DNA of 64,000 bases from Enterobacter phage phiEap-3. The translations under genes and the position numbers were made by a program. Below are positions 52,088-64,000 of this stretch, in pieces; position 1 is the stretch's first letter; each line of letters opens with the position of its first letter. Under the pieces are notes generated by a model. It made no database searches. It saw nothing but the letters and a program-made list of their open reading frames with translations, and was not told the origin of the DNA. Where the stretch lies: the sequence record KT321315.1; one strand, given 5' to 3'.

Positions 52088-53901
52088 AACAAGAAATTTT
52101 AATAGGTCAGGTTGTAGACGATGGTACAGGCGATTACCTGCGTCGAGGTGGTCAAAAGACTAACAGCAACTTTACAGAATTGTATAACATGTTGGGGGAT
52201 GGTGAGATCCCCCATCCAGCAGGTGCCTGGAAAACCTTTGCGGGTACGACGCTATCACCAAAATTTGGTGAATCATGGGCGTTGAATACCAGTGCAAACA
52301 AAATCACCGTAAACCTCCCGAAAGGCGGCGTAGGCGACTATAACAAAGTTATTCGTCTGCGTGATGTGTGGTCGCGTTGGGCTACCAACAACGTTAGACT
52401 GATCCCCGCAACTGGTGATACTATCAAAGGTTCCCCAACTCCTAAAGATCTGTTTAAAGATTTTATGGATGTGGAACTGGTGTATTGTTCTCCGGGCCGT
52501 TGGGAATACGTCGAAAACAAACAGATTGACAAAATCACAACTTCGGATCTGGCAACAGTAGCAAAAGAAACGTATATTGCTACTCAGGGACAAACTGACT
52601 TCCCTAACGTATTCGGTGTTGGTAATGAATACAACCTGCAATCGTTCGAAGTTTACTATCGCGGTAACTTGCTGTTCATCGATGAGAAAGACGGATTCAA
52701 TGCTGATAACTCAGACTATGGATCGATTGGTTCTGCTCCTGGTGAACTGGTTGCGCTTGATGGTAATTCAGTACGCCTTAAAAACCCGTGTAACGCTGGT
52801 GACACTCTTCAATTTGTTACCTATCTAGATGGGTTAGCAACATGGCGGTCGAGCTATGAAGCGTATGTGATGCGCATGTATCAGACTGGTGATACTTCTC
52901 TGGAAACCGTTCCTGGTGAACAGTGGGTAGGCGATCTGACAACCAAAAAAGAGTTTACACCTGCTGAATTTGGTGTTAACCCTCGCGTGTTGATTAACCC
53001 TAACTCGTTTGAACTGCTTCTCAACGGTAAACAACTGGTTAAAGGCGGTGACGCTGACTATCCGGCGTTTTCCTGTGAAGGTGCGGAAGGTGTTGATGAA
53101 AGTACGTGTGTTGGTAACTCTGGTACATGGGTTCCGTCAGGACAGGATTACAGCTTAGTATTCACTGATTCTGTAGTGACTTCAATCAAGTTTGCTCAGG
53201 AACTGGAATCCGGCGACGTTGTAACGATTCGTTGGTTTAACAATGATATTGGTACTCTGATGGATTGGGAAGGAACTGGCGGTATTAAAGAAAAAGCTGA
53301 TAAGGTTTATCTCAATAACGAAGAAGAAGTTATATTGACGAACCGTATCGAATATACCGATTATAATAACCCTTCTCAGAAAACAATGCGTAATACAGGG
53401 GAAACCTATCAGGGACGTATTCTGGATATTCAGGCTATGTTTGATATTATCCACCCGATCGGAACCATCTATGAAAACGCACACAACCCGGCAAACCCTG
53501 CTGATTATATGGGCTTTGGTGGTTGGAAACGTTACGCAGAAGGTTATTTCCTGGCTGGCTGGACATCAAATGCAGCGGATCCTGATTTCGCATTAAACAA
53601 TAATGATTTAGATAGTGGTGGTCAACCGAGTCATACGGCAGGTGGTACTGGTGGCGATCGTGGTACAGAAATCAAAATCATCAACGTTCCTGAACTTGTA
53701 TCAAAAGATAAAGTTCTGATTGCTGATGAAAATGGTGCTGTGATCATTGGTGGTTGTCAGTTAGACCCTGATGCTTCTGGCCCTGGATACACTAAATACC
53801 GTGAGGATACATTGAAAGTGAATCAGGGTAACACATTACCTGATAAAATCAAAACTATTCCACCGTATATGACTGCACATCGCTGGATAAGGGTTGCATA
53901 A
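52084..53901 (+). CDS. 10: baseplate wedge subunit and tail pin gp10
   Basis: 605 aa (T4 602 aa). ATGA-coupled to gp9 and gp11. Confidence 0.75.
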   Translation: MKQEILIGQVVDDGTGDYLRRGGQKTNSNFTELYNMLGDGEIPHPAGAWKTFAGTTLSPKFGESWALNTSANKITVNLPKGGVGDYNKVIRLRDVWSRWATNNVRLIPATGDTIKGSPTPKDLFKDFMDVELVYCSPGRWEYVENKQIDKITTSDLATVAKETYIATQGQTDFPNVFGVGNEYNLQSFEVYYRGNLLFIDEKDGFNADNSDYGSIGSAPGELVALDGNSVRLKNPCNAGDTLQFVTYLDGLATWRSSYEAYVMRMYQTGDTSLETVPGEQWVGDLTTKKEFTPAEFGVNPRVLINPNSFELLLNGKQLVKGGDADYPAFSCEGAEGVDESTCVGNSGTWVPSGQDYSLVFTDSVVTSIKFAQELESGDVVTIRWFNNDIGTLMDWEGTGGIKEKADKVYLNNEEEVILTNRIEYTDYNNPSQKTMRNTGETYQGRILDIQAMFDIIHPIGTIYENAHNPANPADYMGFGGWKRYAEGYFLAGWTSNAADPDFALNNNDLDSGGQPSHTAGGTGGDRGTEIKIINVPELVSKDKVLIADENGAVIIGGCQLDPDASGPGYTKYREDTLKVNQGNTLPDKIKTIPPYMTAHRWIRVA

Positions 53902-54569
53902 TGGCTTACAACAATATTTCAAAAACAAGGGAGGGCGCTCGCGTCCTCTCTAAAGAAGCAGATTACTTACAGTATGATACTTATGGTAAGTTGCCTCTGA
54001 TCGGCGGTAAACGTTCGATCGGCGAACCAAACATTGACCAAACAAAACGCGGTGTTCTGTATGGAAACGTACAATCCGCAATTGATGACCTGTATACGCT
54101 TATCGAGCAAATCCCGATTAACGGCGTTGTTACCATGACTGAGGATGCCCCTCCAATCGCTGTACAGCAGGTTGAGAGCGTTTCTTTTGATGGTATTGTA
54201 CAGAACATCGATTCAGACCAAGAACAGGCTGTAGTTCACGTATATGGCTTCCCTTTCATCTTTGATAATGGGACTAACGCCGCAACCGTTTGTGAAACTG
54301 CATACAACAAATTTTCTGAATTCGTTGCAGCGGAAAAATATTTCGCAGAAGTTAACCGCAAAGGTGTTGATGGTACGATCCTTGAATGTCGATTTATTGA
54401 TAGTGTTCCGCACCCGGCAACAAATATCTCAGAAAACGGTATTCGTCAAATCGGAACTATCGACGTAGCCGCAAAAAATGGCTATGGTTCATGGGTTAAG
54501 TTGGGTTCTGGTTTCTTACCTGATGTTACTCCGCAAGTAACCGTGTATTACTTCAAACGAATTGCATAA
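53901..54569 (+). CDS. 11: baseplate wedge subunit and tail pin gp11
   Basis: 222 aa (T4 219 aa). Synteny. Confidence 0.75.
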   Translation: MAYNNISKTREGARVLSKEADYLQYDTYGKLPLIGGKRSIGEPNIDQTKRGVLYGNVQSAIDDLYTLIEQIPINGVVTMTEDAPPIAVQQVESVSFDGIVQNIDSDQEQAVVHVYGFPFIFDNGTNAATVCETAYNKFSEFVAAEKYFAEVNRKGVDGTILECRFIDSVPHPATNISENGIRQIGTIDVAAKNGYGSWVKLGSGFLPDVTPQVTVYYFKRIA

Positions 54570-54578
54570 GGATAACAC

Positions 54579-55964
54579 ATGAGTAACAATACAATCAACC
54601 ACGTAAGTGATAAATCCATTTACGTGACATTTGACCCAACAGGTACTGATTGGCCTGATACCATAACCAACGTACAAGATGCGTTGGAAAAAATAGGTAG
54701 TTGGGCGCGTACTGATACTGGGCTTCCTATCGCAACAACTTCTGTTCGTGGTATTGCTCAGATCGCAACCGAAGCTGATATTGACGCTGGCACGGATAAC
54801 ACTAAGATTGTTACTCCGAAACTGTTAGCATACCGTATGCAGAACCCTAAAGCATCACAAACCGTATGGGGTTATACGAAGTATTCGACTGATGCGGAAT
54901 CTACAACCGTAACTAACGATGCATCGTCTATTACTCCGCGATCACTGAACTATGTGTTCAATAACCGCAAAGGTACAGAATCGGTTTGGGGTTCTTCTAA
55001 AATCGCTACCACTGCACAGGCGGTTGCGGGTACAGATAACACTGTAACGATGACTCCGCTTAAAGTCAAGCAAGCGATCGCGTCTCTGGTTCCGGTTCAG
55101 TCAAGTGCGACCGAAAGCTCGCAAGGTCTGGTACAACTGGCAACAGTTGCACAGGTTCAGGCTGGTACGATCCGTGAAGGGTATGCAATTTCACCTTATA
55201 CGTTTATTCGTTTAACTGCAACTGAAAGCAACCTGGGCGTTATTCGTATCGCATCCCAGGCAGAAACGAACGCAGGGACTGATGACACCAAAGCAATTAC
55301 CGCGAAAAAATTAAATAATAGTCGCGCAACTGGTTCTCAATTCGGTGTTGTTAAATTAGCAACCACTGTAGGAAATGCAGCAAACACTGCACTTTCTTCT
55401 AATGCTAATGTATTACCTAGCGATCGTAATGCGGTAATTAATGGTTCTCTTTATGAGAATAATGCAATATATAACAACAAATATCAGACGTGGACAGATC
55501 TTGATTGGCATTTCCCAGTAGGTGCTATTATCATGACGGGTTTCCAGACTGACCACGGCAGTTTGTATATTTGTGATGGACGTTCACTGAATAAAAATAA
55601 TTACCCGTTACTGTTTGAGCGTATAGGTTATACATTTGGTGGTGGCGGCGATTGGTTTAACCTTCCAGACTGTCGAGGCGTTGCAGTACGTGGTCATGAC
55701 CGTGGGCGTGGACTAAACCCTAATCGTGGGTATGGTACATATGAAGGCGATATGTTGGGCTGGCACGAACACCCATTACAGCTTATCTACCAGAACGGTG
55801 GCAACATTCCGAAATGGCAAGCAGTTTACGAACTGAAAAGCGCCGAGAAGAATGACCAAAGCGCTCGCGTATTTGATGCTTCTATAACTAAAGCTACTGG
55901 TGTGGGCGGTGAAGAAACCCGCATGAAAAACATCGCATTAAACTACGTAATTCGTACTCAATAG
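54579..55964 (+). CDS. 12: short tail fibre gp12
   Basis: 461 aa (T4 527 aa). Repetitive Ala/Thr-rich shaft with T(D)NTK repeats, and a C-terminal globular head with an HxH (GWHEHP) Zn-site-like motif. Confidence 0.75.
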   Translation: MSNNTINHVSDKSIYVTFDPTGTDWPDTITNVQDALEKIGSWARTDTGLPIATTSVRGIAQIATEADIDAGTDNTKIVTPKLLAYRMQNPKASQTVWGYTKYSTDAESTTVTNDASSITPRSLNYVFNNRKGTESVWGSSKIATTAQAVAGTDNTVTMTPLKVKQAIASLVPVQSSATESSQGLVQLATVAQVQAGTIREGYAISPYTFIRLTATESNLGVIRIASQAETNAGTDDTKAITAKKLNNSRATGSQFGVVKLATTVGNAANTALSSNANVLPSDRNAVINGSLYENNAIYNNKYQTWTDLDWHFPVGAIIMTGFQTDHGSLYICDGRSLNKNNYPLLFERIGYTFGGGGDWFNLPDCRGVAVRGHDRGRGLNPNRGYGTYEGDMLGWHEHPLQLIYQNGGNIPKWQAVYELKSAEKNDQSARVFDASITKATGVGGEETRMKNIALNYVIRTQ

Positions 55965-55974
55965 AGGTTATTAA

Positions 55975-57726
55975 ATGATCATCGACAAATTAAATCCGTT
56001 GCCGAAGATCCCGTTTGTTGATGGCGTCCCAGATGACGCCACGACTCAAACGAAGATTCTTTGGATCAAAAACGGTGAAACTCTGGACGGTTCGCCAGAT
56101 AAAGTGTCAAACACTGGTAGTCTTAACCGAACTGGTGTAAACATCCAGCAGAACGCGGTTCAGTTAGAACAAAATACCATCACCCATAATAATAAAATCA
56201 ACGAAGTAATCGATCAGGTTAACTTGATTACTGAAAACATTGATGCTATTGGTGATGAAAGCGTAATCAAAAAAGTTAACCAGTTGGATCAGGATGTTCA
56301 GGCATTAACTTTATCGAACACCCAAACACAGAACAAGGTAGCACAGTTAACCCTTTCTGTAAATGCTCAGAACGATGAAATTGGTGAATACGATCCAGAA
56401 AAGGATCCTAAACACCGCACAATTCGTAATGATATCATTTACATCAAGAAAGAAGTTGGTTCATATCCGGGATTTAACGTTGATGGTGATGTTGATCCCT
56501 CTTCTACTGGTACTGGCCTTAAATACCGCGTACTGAGTAACCAACGTGCTATTTCTATGCAGGAAACCCGCATAACCAAACTGGAAGATGATTGGGCGCT
56601 TTCCGAAGTAGGACAACTGACAGAAGAAGTAAAAGAACTTCGTGCTGAAATGGGTGATTCTGGTCTTGCCACAACCCGATCAATCTATGCGCGAATTAAG
56701 ATCCTTGAGGATGGTTCTGTTGTAATGCAAAATGAACTTGATGCGATTAATAGTTATATTGGTCGCACGTCAGGTTCAACCAGTTCCATTAACGATCGTG
56801 TGAACAGTCTGGAAAACTCCGTTAGTTCTCTGGCTACACAAATCAACGATCCGGTAACTGGTATCACTGCACAAATTGCAACCATTAATGGTCAAATTGG
56901 TACGGTTTCTGCTCAGGGTAGTATCCGTTATGATATTGCGGAAAACAAACGCAGATTGATGGATATGGAAATGATTCTGGGTGAATCCGGTGATGAAGGA
57001 TTGCAGGGGCAAGTTGCGATCTTAACTGGTGACATTGGCGAAGATTCAGATCCTACCAGTATCAAAGGCCGTTTGAGTGTTGTTGAAGGTGAATTACGCA
57101 CCAACACTAGCGCACTCTGGGAACTGCAAGGCGTTGTAGGTAACTCTTCTAGTGGCCTCGTTGCAACTAGCCAGCAGGTTAACAAAGAAATCTATGGTGA
57201 TGGTGTTAGTGCCGATCCTGTTACTCGCGCTGGTTTGAAAACGACAACCCGTAACCTGTTCACTCAGGTAGGCGATAACGCAGAAGGTAACGAAACGGGC
57301 ATTTATGCACTGATTGCCGACCTTAATAAACGTGTTGAGGATTTAGAAGCGTTGAACATTGCACAGGCACTTGCAGATCGCGTAACTATCGAAGATCTGA
57401 ATGCTAAACTGGCTCTGTACATCAAAGAAGCTGACGCCGATCTCCGTTATGAGAGCAAAAACCCGCCGCTGGCATTCGGTACTAACCTAACTGGTGATAC
57501 TGAATACACTACTGGCGATCCATTGTCTCTAAGCGTAACTATGACTGGTGGTGTTTCTCCGCTGTCTTACCAGTGGACGAAAAACGGTGTAAACGTTGGT
57601 ACTGATGCTAACACATTTACCATCGATTCGCTACAGCCTTCTGATTCCGGAACCTACAAAGTAACGGTAACTGATGCAAGCCATAAAGTCATCGTTTCTG
57701 ATGAACTGGCGATCACTGTCGCTTAA
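55975..57726 (+). CDS. wac: fibritin (wac, neck whiskers) with C-terminal Ig-like domain
   Basis: 583 aa coiled-coil-rich protein in the wac position. The C-terminal ~90 aa (PLSLSVTMTGGVSPLSYQWTKNGVNVGTDANTFTIDSLQPSDSGTYKVTVTD) has an Ig I-set pattern rather than a T4 foldon. Confidence 0.7.
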   Translation: MIIDKLNPLPKIPFVDGVPDDATTQTKILWIKNGETLDGSPDKVSNTGSLNRTGVNIQQNAVQLEQNTITHNNKINEVIDQVNLITENIDAIGDESVIKKVNQLDQDVQALTLSNTQTQNKVAQLTLSVNAQNDEIGEYDPEKDPKHRTIRNDIIYIKKEVGSYPGFNVDGDVDPSSTGTGLKYRVLSNQRAISMQETRITKLEDDWALSEVGQLTEEVKELRAEMGDSGLATTRSIYARIKILEDGSVVMQNELDAINSYIGRTSGSTSSINDRVNSLENSVSSLATQINDPVTGITAQIATINGQIGTVSAQGSIRYDIAENKRRLMDMEMILGESGDEGLQGQVAILTGDIGEDSDPTSIKGRLSVVEGELRTNTSALWELQGVVGNSSSGLVATSQQVNKEIYGDGVSADPVTRAGLKTTTRNLFTQVGDNAEGNETGIYALIADLNKRVEDLEALNIAQALADRVTIEDLNAKLALYIKEADADLRYESKNPPLAFGTNLTGDTEYTTGDPLSLSVTMTGGVSPLSYQWTKNGVNVGTDANTFTIDSLQPSDSGTYKVTVTDASHKVIVSDELAITVA

Positions 57727-57733
57727 CGATTAA

Positions 57734-57757
57734 CAAGGGGCTTCGGCCCCTTTTGAG
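57734..57757 (+). terminator. rho-independent terminator (aggggc-UUCG-gcccct + TTTT) after wac
   Basis: UUCG tetraloop hairpin with a T-run. Confidence 0.55.
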
Positions 57758-57764
57758 GATCTTT

Positions 57765-58691
57765 ATGATTACGAACAACCCAGCACAATTAAAAGATGAA
57801 ATTCTGCGCCGTTTAGGTGCTCCGATCGTCAAAATCGAAGTGACAACCGATCAGGTTTATGACTGCATTCAACGAGCATTAGACCTATATGCAGAATATC
57901 ATTACAATGGATCTAACAAAGGGTATATCATTCTTACCCTGGGGCCGGACAACCCGAAAAATATTTTCGATCTGAGTAAAGAACACATTTTCGCAATTAC
58001 TAAAGTGTTGCGTACTAACATGGGTTCCCTTGTATCGATGGATGGTACTGCGGTTTATCCGTGGTTTACTGATTTCCTGATGGGCCTTACTGGTGGTTCT
58101 CTGGGCGGTGGTGGTTGTGCATCACGTACCTACGGAATGAACGCATACGGCGCGGATATGGGCTATTTTACCCAGATGATGAGCTATCAGAGGTCAATGC
58201 AAGACCTCCTGTCTCCGCTTCCTGATTACTGGTATAACGACGACACAGGACAGTTTGCAGTATACGGAACCGTTAAAGATGGTGATATTGTTGTTATCGA
58301 AGCAATGATCAGATCCTTTGTTGATGTACCCAGTATGGTCGGTAACGTCGCTGGATACGCTACAGCGGGTTCTGATGGTGAAGATAAGTCAACTATAGCA
58401 GATATATACAATAACCCCTACAAAGCCGTCTCAGGCGGTGTGAAGGCTGGTCAAGGTATGAGCGTTCAGGGTTCATCCTCTGCGTATAACAACCGTTGGG
58501 TGAAAGATTACGCAACTGCTCTTGTTAAAGAGGTAAACGGTCAGGTGCTGGCTAAGTTTCAGGGTATGCAATTGCCTGGTGGTGTTGCTCCGGATGGAAC
58601 CCGACTGATTCAGGAAGCTATGCAAGAAAAAGAAAACCTCCGTCAAGAACTTCTGTTACTGTCTGATGCACTTCCAGTGTTGATGATGTAA
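57765..58691 (+). CDS. 13: neck protein gp13
   Basis: Aligns with T4 gp13 (LKDEILRRLGAPIVKIEVTTDQVYDCIQRALDLYAEYH, YPWFTDFL, NNRWVKDYATAL). The ORF-track start at 57753 is TTG; ATG at 57765. Confidence 0.85.
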   Translation: MITNNPAQLKDEILRRLGAPIVKIEVTTDQVYDCIQRALDLYAEYHYNGSNKGYIILTLGPDNPKNIFDLSKEHIFAITKVLRTNMGSLVSMDGTAVYPWFTDFLMGLTGGSLGGGGCASRTYGMNAYGADMGYFTQMMSYQRSMQDLLSPLPDYWYNDDTGQFAVYGTVKDGDIVVIEAMIRSFVDVPSMVGNVAGYATAGSDGEDKSTIADIYNNPYKAVSGGVKAGQGMSVQGSSSAYNNRWVKDYATALVKEVNGQVLAKFQGMQLPGGVAPDGTRLIQEAMQEKENLRQELLLLSDALPVLMM

Positions 58692-58700
58692 GGAGGAAAA

Positions 58701-59447
58701 ATGCAAAATTGGGATGAAAGTCTGTTTGCACAGTTAGAAGATGGTTCCGGCGTCGATCGGAACCTAAGACAAGAAGTAACAAACCCGTATGTTAACTGGT
58801 ACAAGTATAACCCTACTCAACAGTTACATGATTCACTAACAGCCGAAGCAATTCAAATGAAATCTCCGGATATGTATTACGTCCGTCGAGAATTTGTTAA
58901 TATTGATAAAATTTTGGGTGAAGACCGTGAATCGAAGTTTACAAAATCGTGGAAAATTGCAGCATACATCGATTCGTATGCAAACTACGAAGGACAGAGA
59001 GACTTTTACAGCAAATTTGGTATGATGTCAAACGATGAAATGACACTTGTGATCAATCCTCGTTTATTTGCACATCAAACCGATGGCGGGATCCCTGTTC
59101 TGGGAGATTTGATTTATTTCCCTATGGATAACAGCCTGTTTGAAATTACATGGATTGAGTTTGACCCGTTCTTCCAGTTCGGCGATCGTCCTCAACGTAA
59201 AATCAACCTCGTTAAATTTATCTATACTGGTGAAGAATTGGATCCTAAACTGCAACGAAATGAAGGGATTAACCTTGCTCCCGATGCTGATCTGGATCTC
59301 GAACCTATTCGAAATCTTGATGGATTGGCTGATACCAATATTGAACAGTACGAAGAAGATCAAGCCTTTGAAGATGAAGGCGATGAATTCATTGAATCGT
59401 TTGATGTTGTTAACGGGCGCGGATCACCGTTCGCACAGTTCCCATAA
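58701..59447 (+). CDS. 14: neck protein gp14
   Basis: Aligns with T4 gp14 (LFAQLE, NPYVNW, LIYFPMDNSLFEI.W, QKNEGIN). Confidence 0.85.
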   Translation: MQNWDESLFAQLEDGSGVDRNLRQEVTNPYVNWYKYNPTQQLHDSLTAEAIQMKSPDMYYVRREFVNIDKILGEDRESKFTKSWKIAAYIDSYANYEGQRDFYSKFGMMSNDEMTLVINPRLFAHQTDGGIPVLGDLIYFPMDNSLFEITWIEFDPFFQFGDRPQRKINLVKFIYTGEELDPKLQRNEGINLAPDADLDLEPIRNLDGLADTNIEQYEEDQAFEDEGDEFIESFDVVNGRGSPFAQFP

Positions 59448-59451
59448 ATAT
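59444..59451 (+). promoter_or_regulatory. late-promoter-like motif cATAAATAta upstream of gp15, followed by a 7-8 bp hairpin
   Basis: 7 of 8 match to TATAAATA. The same CATAAATA(TA) motif recurs on the minus strand upstream of the endolysin and the SLT gene. Confidence 0.35.
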
Positions 59452-59527
59452 AACCAGGGGAAACCCTATACATGTAAGGGTATAGGAGAAATCTTATACC
59501 CGCTTTAACCCATACAGGAAAAAGAAA

Positions 59528-60351
59528 ATGTTTGGCTACTGGTATAATAGTTCGCTGCGAAATTATATTGTCTTGATGGGTTGTCTTTTCAATCACGTGC
59601 AAGTTAAACGCATTCGCGGCGAACAAGAAAAATTTATCAAGGTTCCGATTACCTACGCATCAAAAGAAAAATTCCTGGCATCCATGAACAAGCTGAACTA
59701 TGCATACAGTCAGGAAAATGTTGCTAAAACGGAAACAATTTTACCACGTATGAATCTATCTCTCGTTGATTTGCAGTATAACGCAATTCGTAAAACTGGG
59801 ATCGCGGTAAACCAAAAAATGACGCAGTTACGCGCACCTGGAAAAACAGTAACGCAGTTTAACCCTGCTCCGTATCGTCTCATGTTCGAACTGGGAGTGT
59901 ATACCCGTTACGAAGATGATGTGTTTCAGATCATAGAACAGATACTGCCATACTTCCAGCCGCATTTCAACTGTCGTATTACAGAATTACATAAAAACGA
60001 CATTAAAATAGACCGAGATATTAAAATATCTCTGCAATCTGTTTCCCCTGATACATCGTTTGAAGGTGATGCAACGACACGGCGACACATTGAATGGTCT
60101 TTAATGTTTGAATTACAGGGCTACCTGTATCCGCCTGTTAACGAGATTAAAGGCGAGATCAGAACAGTATACACGGATTTCTTTTCCAATATGAACCCGT
60201 TGGACAAAGACAATTTTGAATCCGTTGATGCTCAGGTGGATCCGGTTGATATGCCTATACAGGATTACACGGGAGAAGAATACATTAAAACGTATGCTAA
60301 TGATATCCCAATTCCTAGCGGTGATCAACCTCCTAAACCGAGGGGCCAATA

Positions 60352-60352
<1 letters not shown>
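59528..60352 (+). CDS. 15: tail sheath stabiliser / tail completion gp15
   Basis: Aligns with T4 gp15 (MFGY.YNSS.R, VPITYASKE, YEDDMFQIVEQILPYFQPHFN, RRIEWSL). Confidence 0.85.
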
Positions 60353-62692
<2,340 letters not shown>

Positions 62693-62708
62693 TAGAGGAA
62701 ACTTAATA

Positions 62709-64000
62709 ATGGCTTTAATCTCTCCAGGCATTGAAACTAAAGAAACATCGGTACAATCTACCGTTGTTCGAAATTCAACTGGTCGTGCTGCTATTGTTGG
62801 TAAATTTTCATGGGGGCCAGCTTACCAGATCCGTCAGATTTCTAACGAAGTCGAACTGGTAAATTATTTTGGCTCCCCAGACAATGACACCGCTGATTAT
62901 TTCATGAACGCTGTAAACTTTTTACAGTTCGGTCAGGATCTGCGTGTTGTTCGTGTCGTCGATAAAGAAGCCGCAAAAAACGCAACCGCGATCTATAATC
63001 AGATCAAAACCACGATCACCGCTGCTGGTTCTAACTATGCAGTAGACGATCAGATCAAAGTTAAACACAATAACGTTGTTATTGAAGAAGATGGTGCTGT
63101 TACAAGCGTTGATGATCAGGGTAAAATCCTGTCTGTGTTCATTCCGAGCACTAAGATCATCGAACACGCTAAACAGGTTGGTGTATATCCGGATCTATCT
63201 AGTGGCTGGACTACAGAAATCATTTCCAGTTCTTCTGGTGTTTCTGCTACGATTACAATCGACGGCGTAGAAGTTGATTCGGGTATTACTCTGCTCAACC
63301 TTGACACCGCAAAAGAAACTATTCAGGCAACTGATTTCCAGGAACTTTGCACCAAATATCAGCTACCGTCTGTTATTGCAATTTATCCGGGCGAAATGGG
63401 TAGCACCGTAACGGTTGAAATTCTGTCTAAAGCTGCATACGATTCTTCGGCTGTCATTAAGTCTTATCCTTCTGGTAAGTCTGGTAAAAACAGCGGTCGC
63501 AGTTCGATGAACTTTGGCCCTCAGAATGATAACCAATACGCGTTTATCGTTCGCCGTGGTGGTATTATCCAAGAAACGTTTATCGTGTCAACCGCTAAAG
63601 GTGATAAAGATATCTACGGTTCAACGATCTACATGGATGATTTCTTTGCAAACGGTGGTTCTCAGTATCTGTATGGTACGTCCCTAAACTGGCCTGTCGG
63701 ATTCTCCGGCGTTCTGGAACTGGGCGGCGGTACTTCTGCAAACGCCACTGTAGGCGCTGATGAACTCATGGCTGGTTGGGATATGTTCGCAGATCGTGAA
63801 TCTCTGCATGTTCCTCTGCTGATTGCGGGTGCTTGTGCTGGCGAAACTGCCGAAATTTCGTCTACTGTACAGAAACACGCTGTGTCTATCGGTGAAACCC
63901 GTTCAGATTGCGTTGTATTCGTTTCTCCGCCGCGTTCTGCTCTGGTTAATATCCCACTGGCTCAGGCCGTTGATAACCTCGTAGAATGGCGTACAGGCTA
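62709..64000 (+). CDS. 18: tail sheath protein gp18 (5' portion; continues beyond the window)
   Basis: MALISPGIETKETSVQSTVV... aligns with T4 gp18 (MTLLSPGIELKETTVQSTVV, QKHVVSIGD...). No stop before the window end. Confidence 0.95.
   Translation, partial: MALISPGIETKETSVQSTVVRNSTGRAAIVGKFSWGPAYQIRQISNEVELVNYFGSPDNDTADYFMNAVNFLQFGQDLRVVRVVDKEAAKNATAIYNQIKTTITAAGSNYAVDDQIKVKHNNVVIEEDGAVTSVDDQGKILSVFIPSTKIIEHAKQVGVYPDLSSGWTTEIISSSSGVSATITIDGVEVDSGITLLNLDTAKETIQATDFQELCTKYQLPSVIAIYPGEMGSTVTVEILSKAAYDSSAVIKSYPSGKSGKNSGRSSMNFGPQNDNQYAFIVRRGGIIQETFIVSTAKGDKDIYGSTIYMDDFFANGGSQYLYGTSLNWPVGFSGVLELGGGTSANATVGADELMAGWDMFADRESLHVPLLIAGACAGETAEISSTVQKHAVSIGETRSDCVVFVSPPRSALVNIPLAQAVDNLVEWRTG

Overview
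This window is a T4-like (Tevenvirinae-type) myophage genome segment. All calls below are by eye from the sequence; no searches were run.

The right half (40.7-64 kb, + strand) is a conserved late structural block in T4 order: gp53, gp5 (hub plus tail lysozyme), gp6, gp7, gp8, gp9, gp10, gp11, gp12, wac, gp13, gp14, gp15, terminase small (gp16) and large (gp17), and the start of tail sheath gp18. Several translations match T4 proteins I know (gp25, gp53, gp5 lysozyme domain, gp6, gp13, gp14, gp15, gp16, gp17, gp18).

Immediately left, on the - strand, is the T4-syntenic early run gp4, gp2, gp3, gp1, 57A, 57B (Acb1-like 2H phosphoesterase) ... Nudix nudE ... endolysin ... tk ... rI. It is interleaved with a long, hyperplastic set of small accessory ORFs.

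The far left holds + strand baseplate genes (partial upstream ORF, gp26-like, gp25). They end in a bidirectional terminator that faces the minus-strand accessory region.

Notable accessory content:
- an operon of m5C DNA methyltransferase plus a Pol-beta-type nucleotidyltransferase;
- a 738-aa VWA protein flanked by two paralogs that share a DNA-level-conserved N-terminus;
- an NMNAT-Nudix (NatV-like) fusion, an SPFH/band-7 protein, a macro domain protein and a PIN-PhoH protein;
- a secreted SLT transglycosylase and an M15 peptidase endolysin;
- a radical-SAM-like Cys-rich protein, and a DUF262 (DGQQR) protein with a 304-aa partner.

Two insertions into otherwise T4-conserved late/structural synteny stand out:
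- a 688-aa ORF between gp5 and gp6, where T4 carries small 5.x/PAAR genes;
- a divergently oriented 262-aa gene between gp3 and gp2, with its own consensus sigma70 promoters, a striking GATC cluster and its own terminator.

The early region is punctuated by a repeated terminator-hairpin plus extended -10 promoter plus conserved leader cassette (PeSL-like), in at least 6 copies.

No tRNA, rRNA or CRISPR was recognised.
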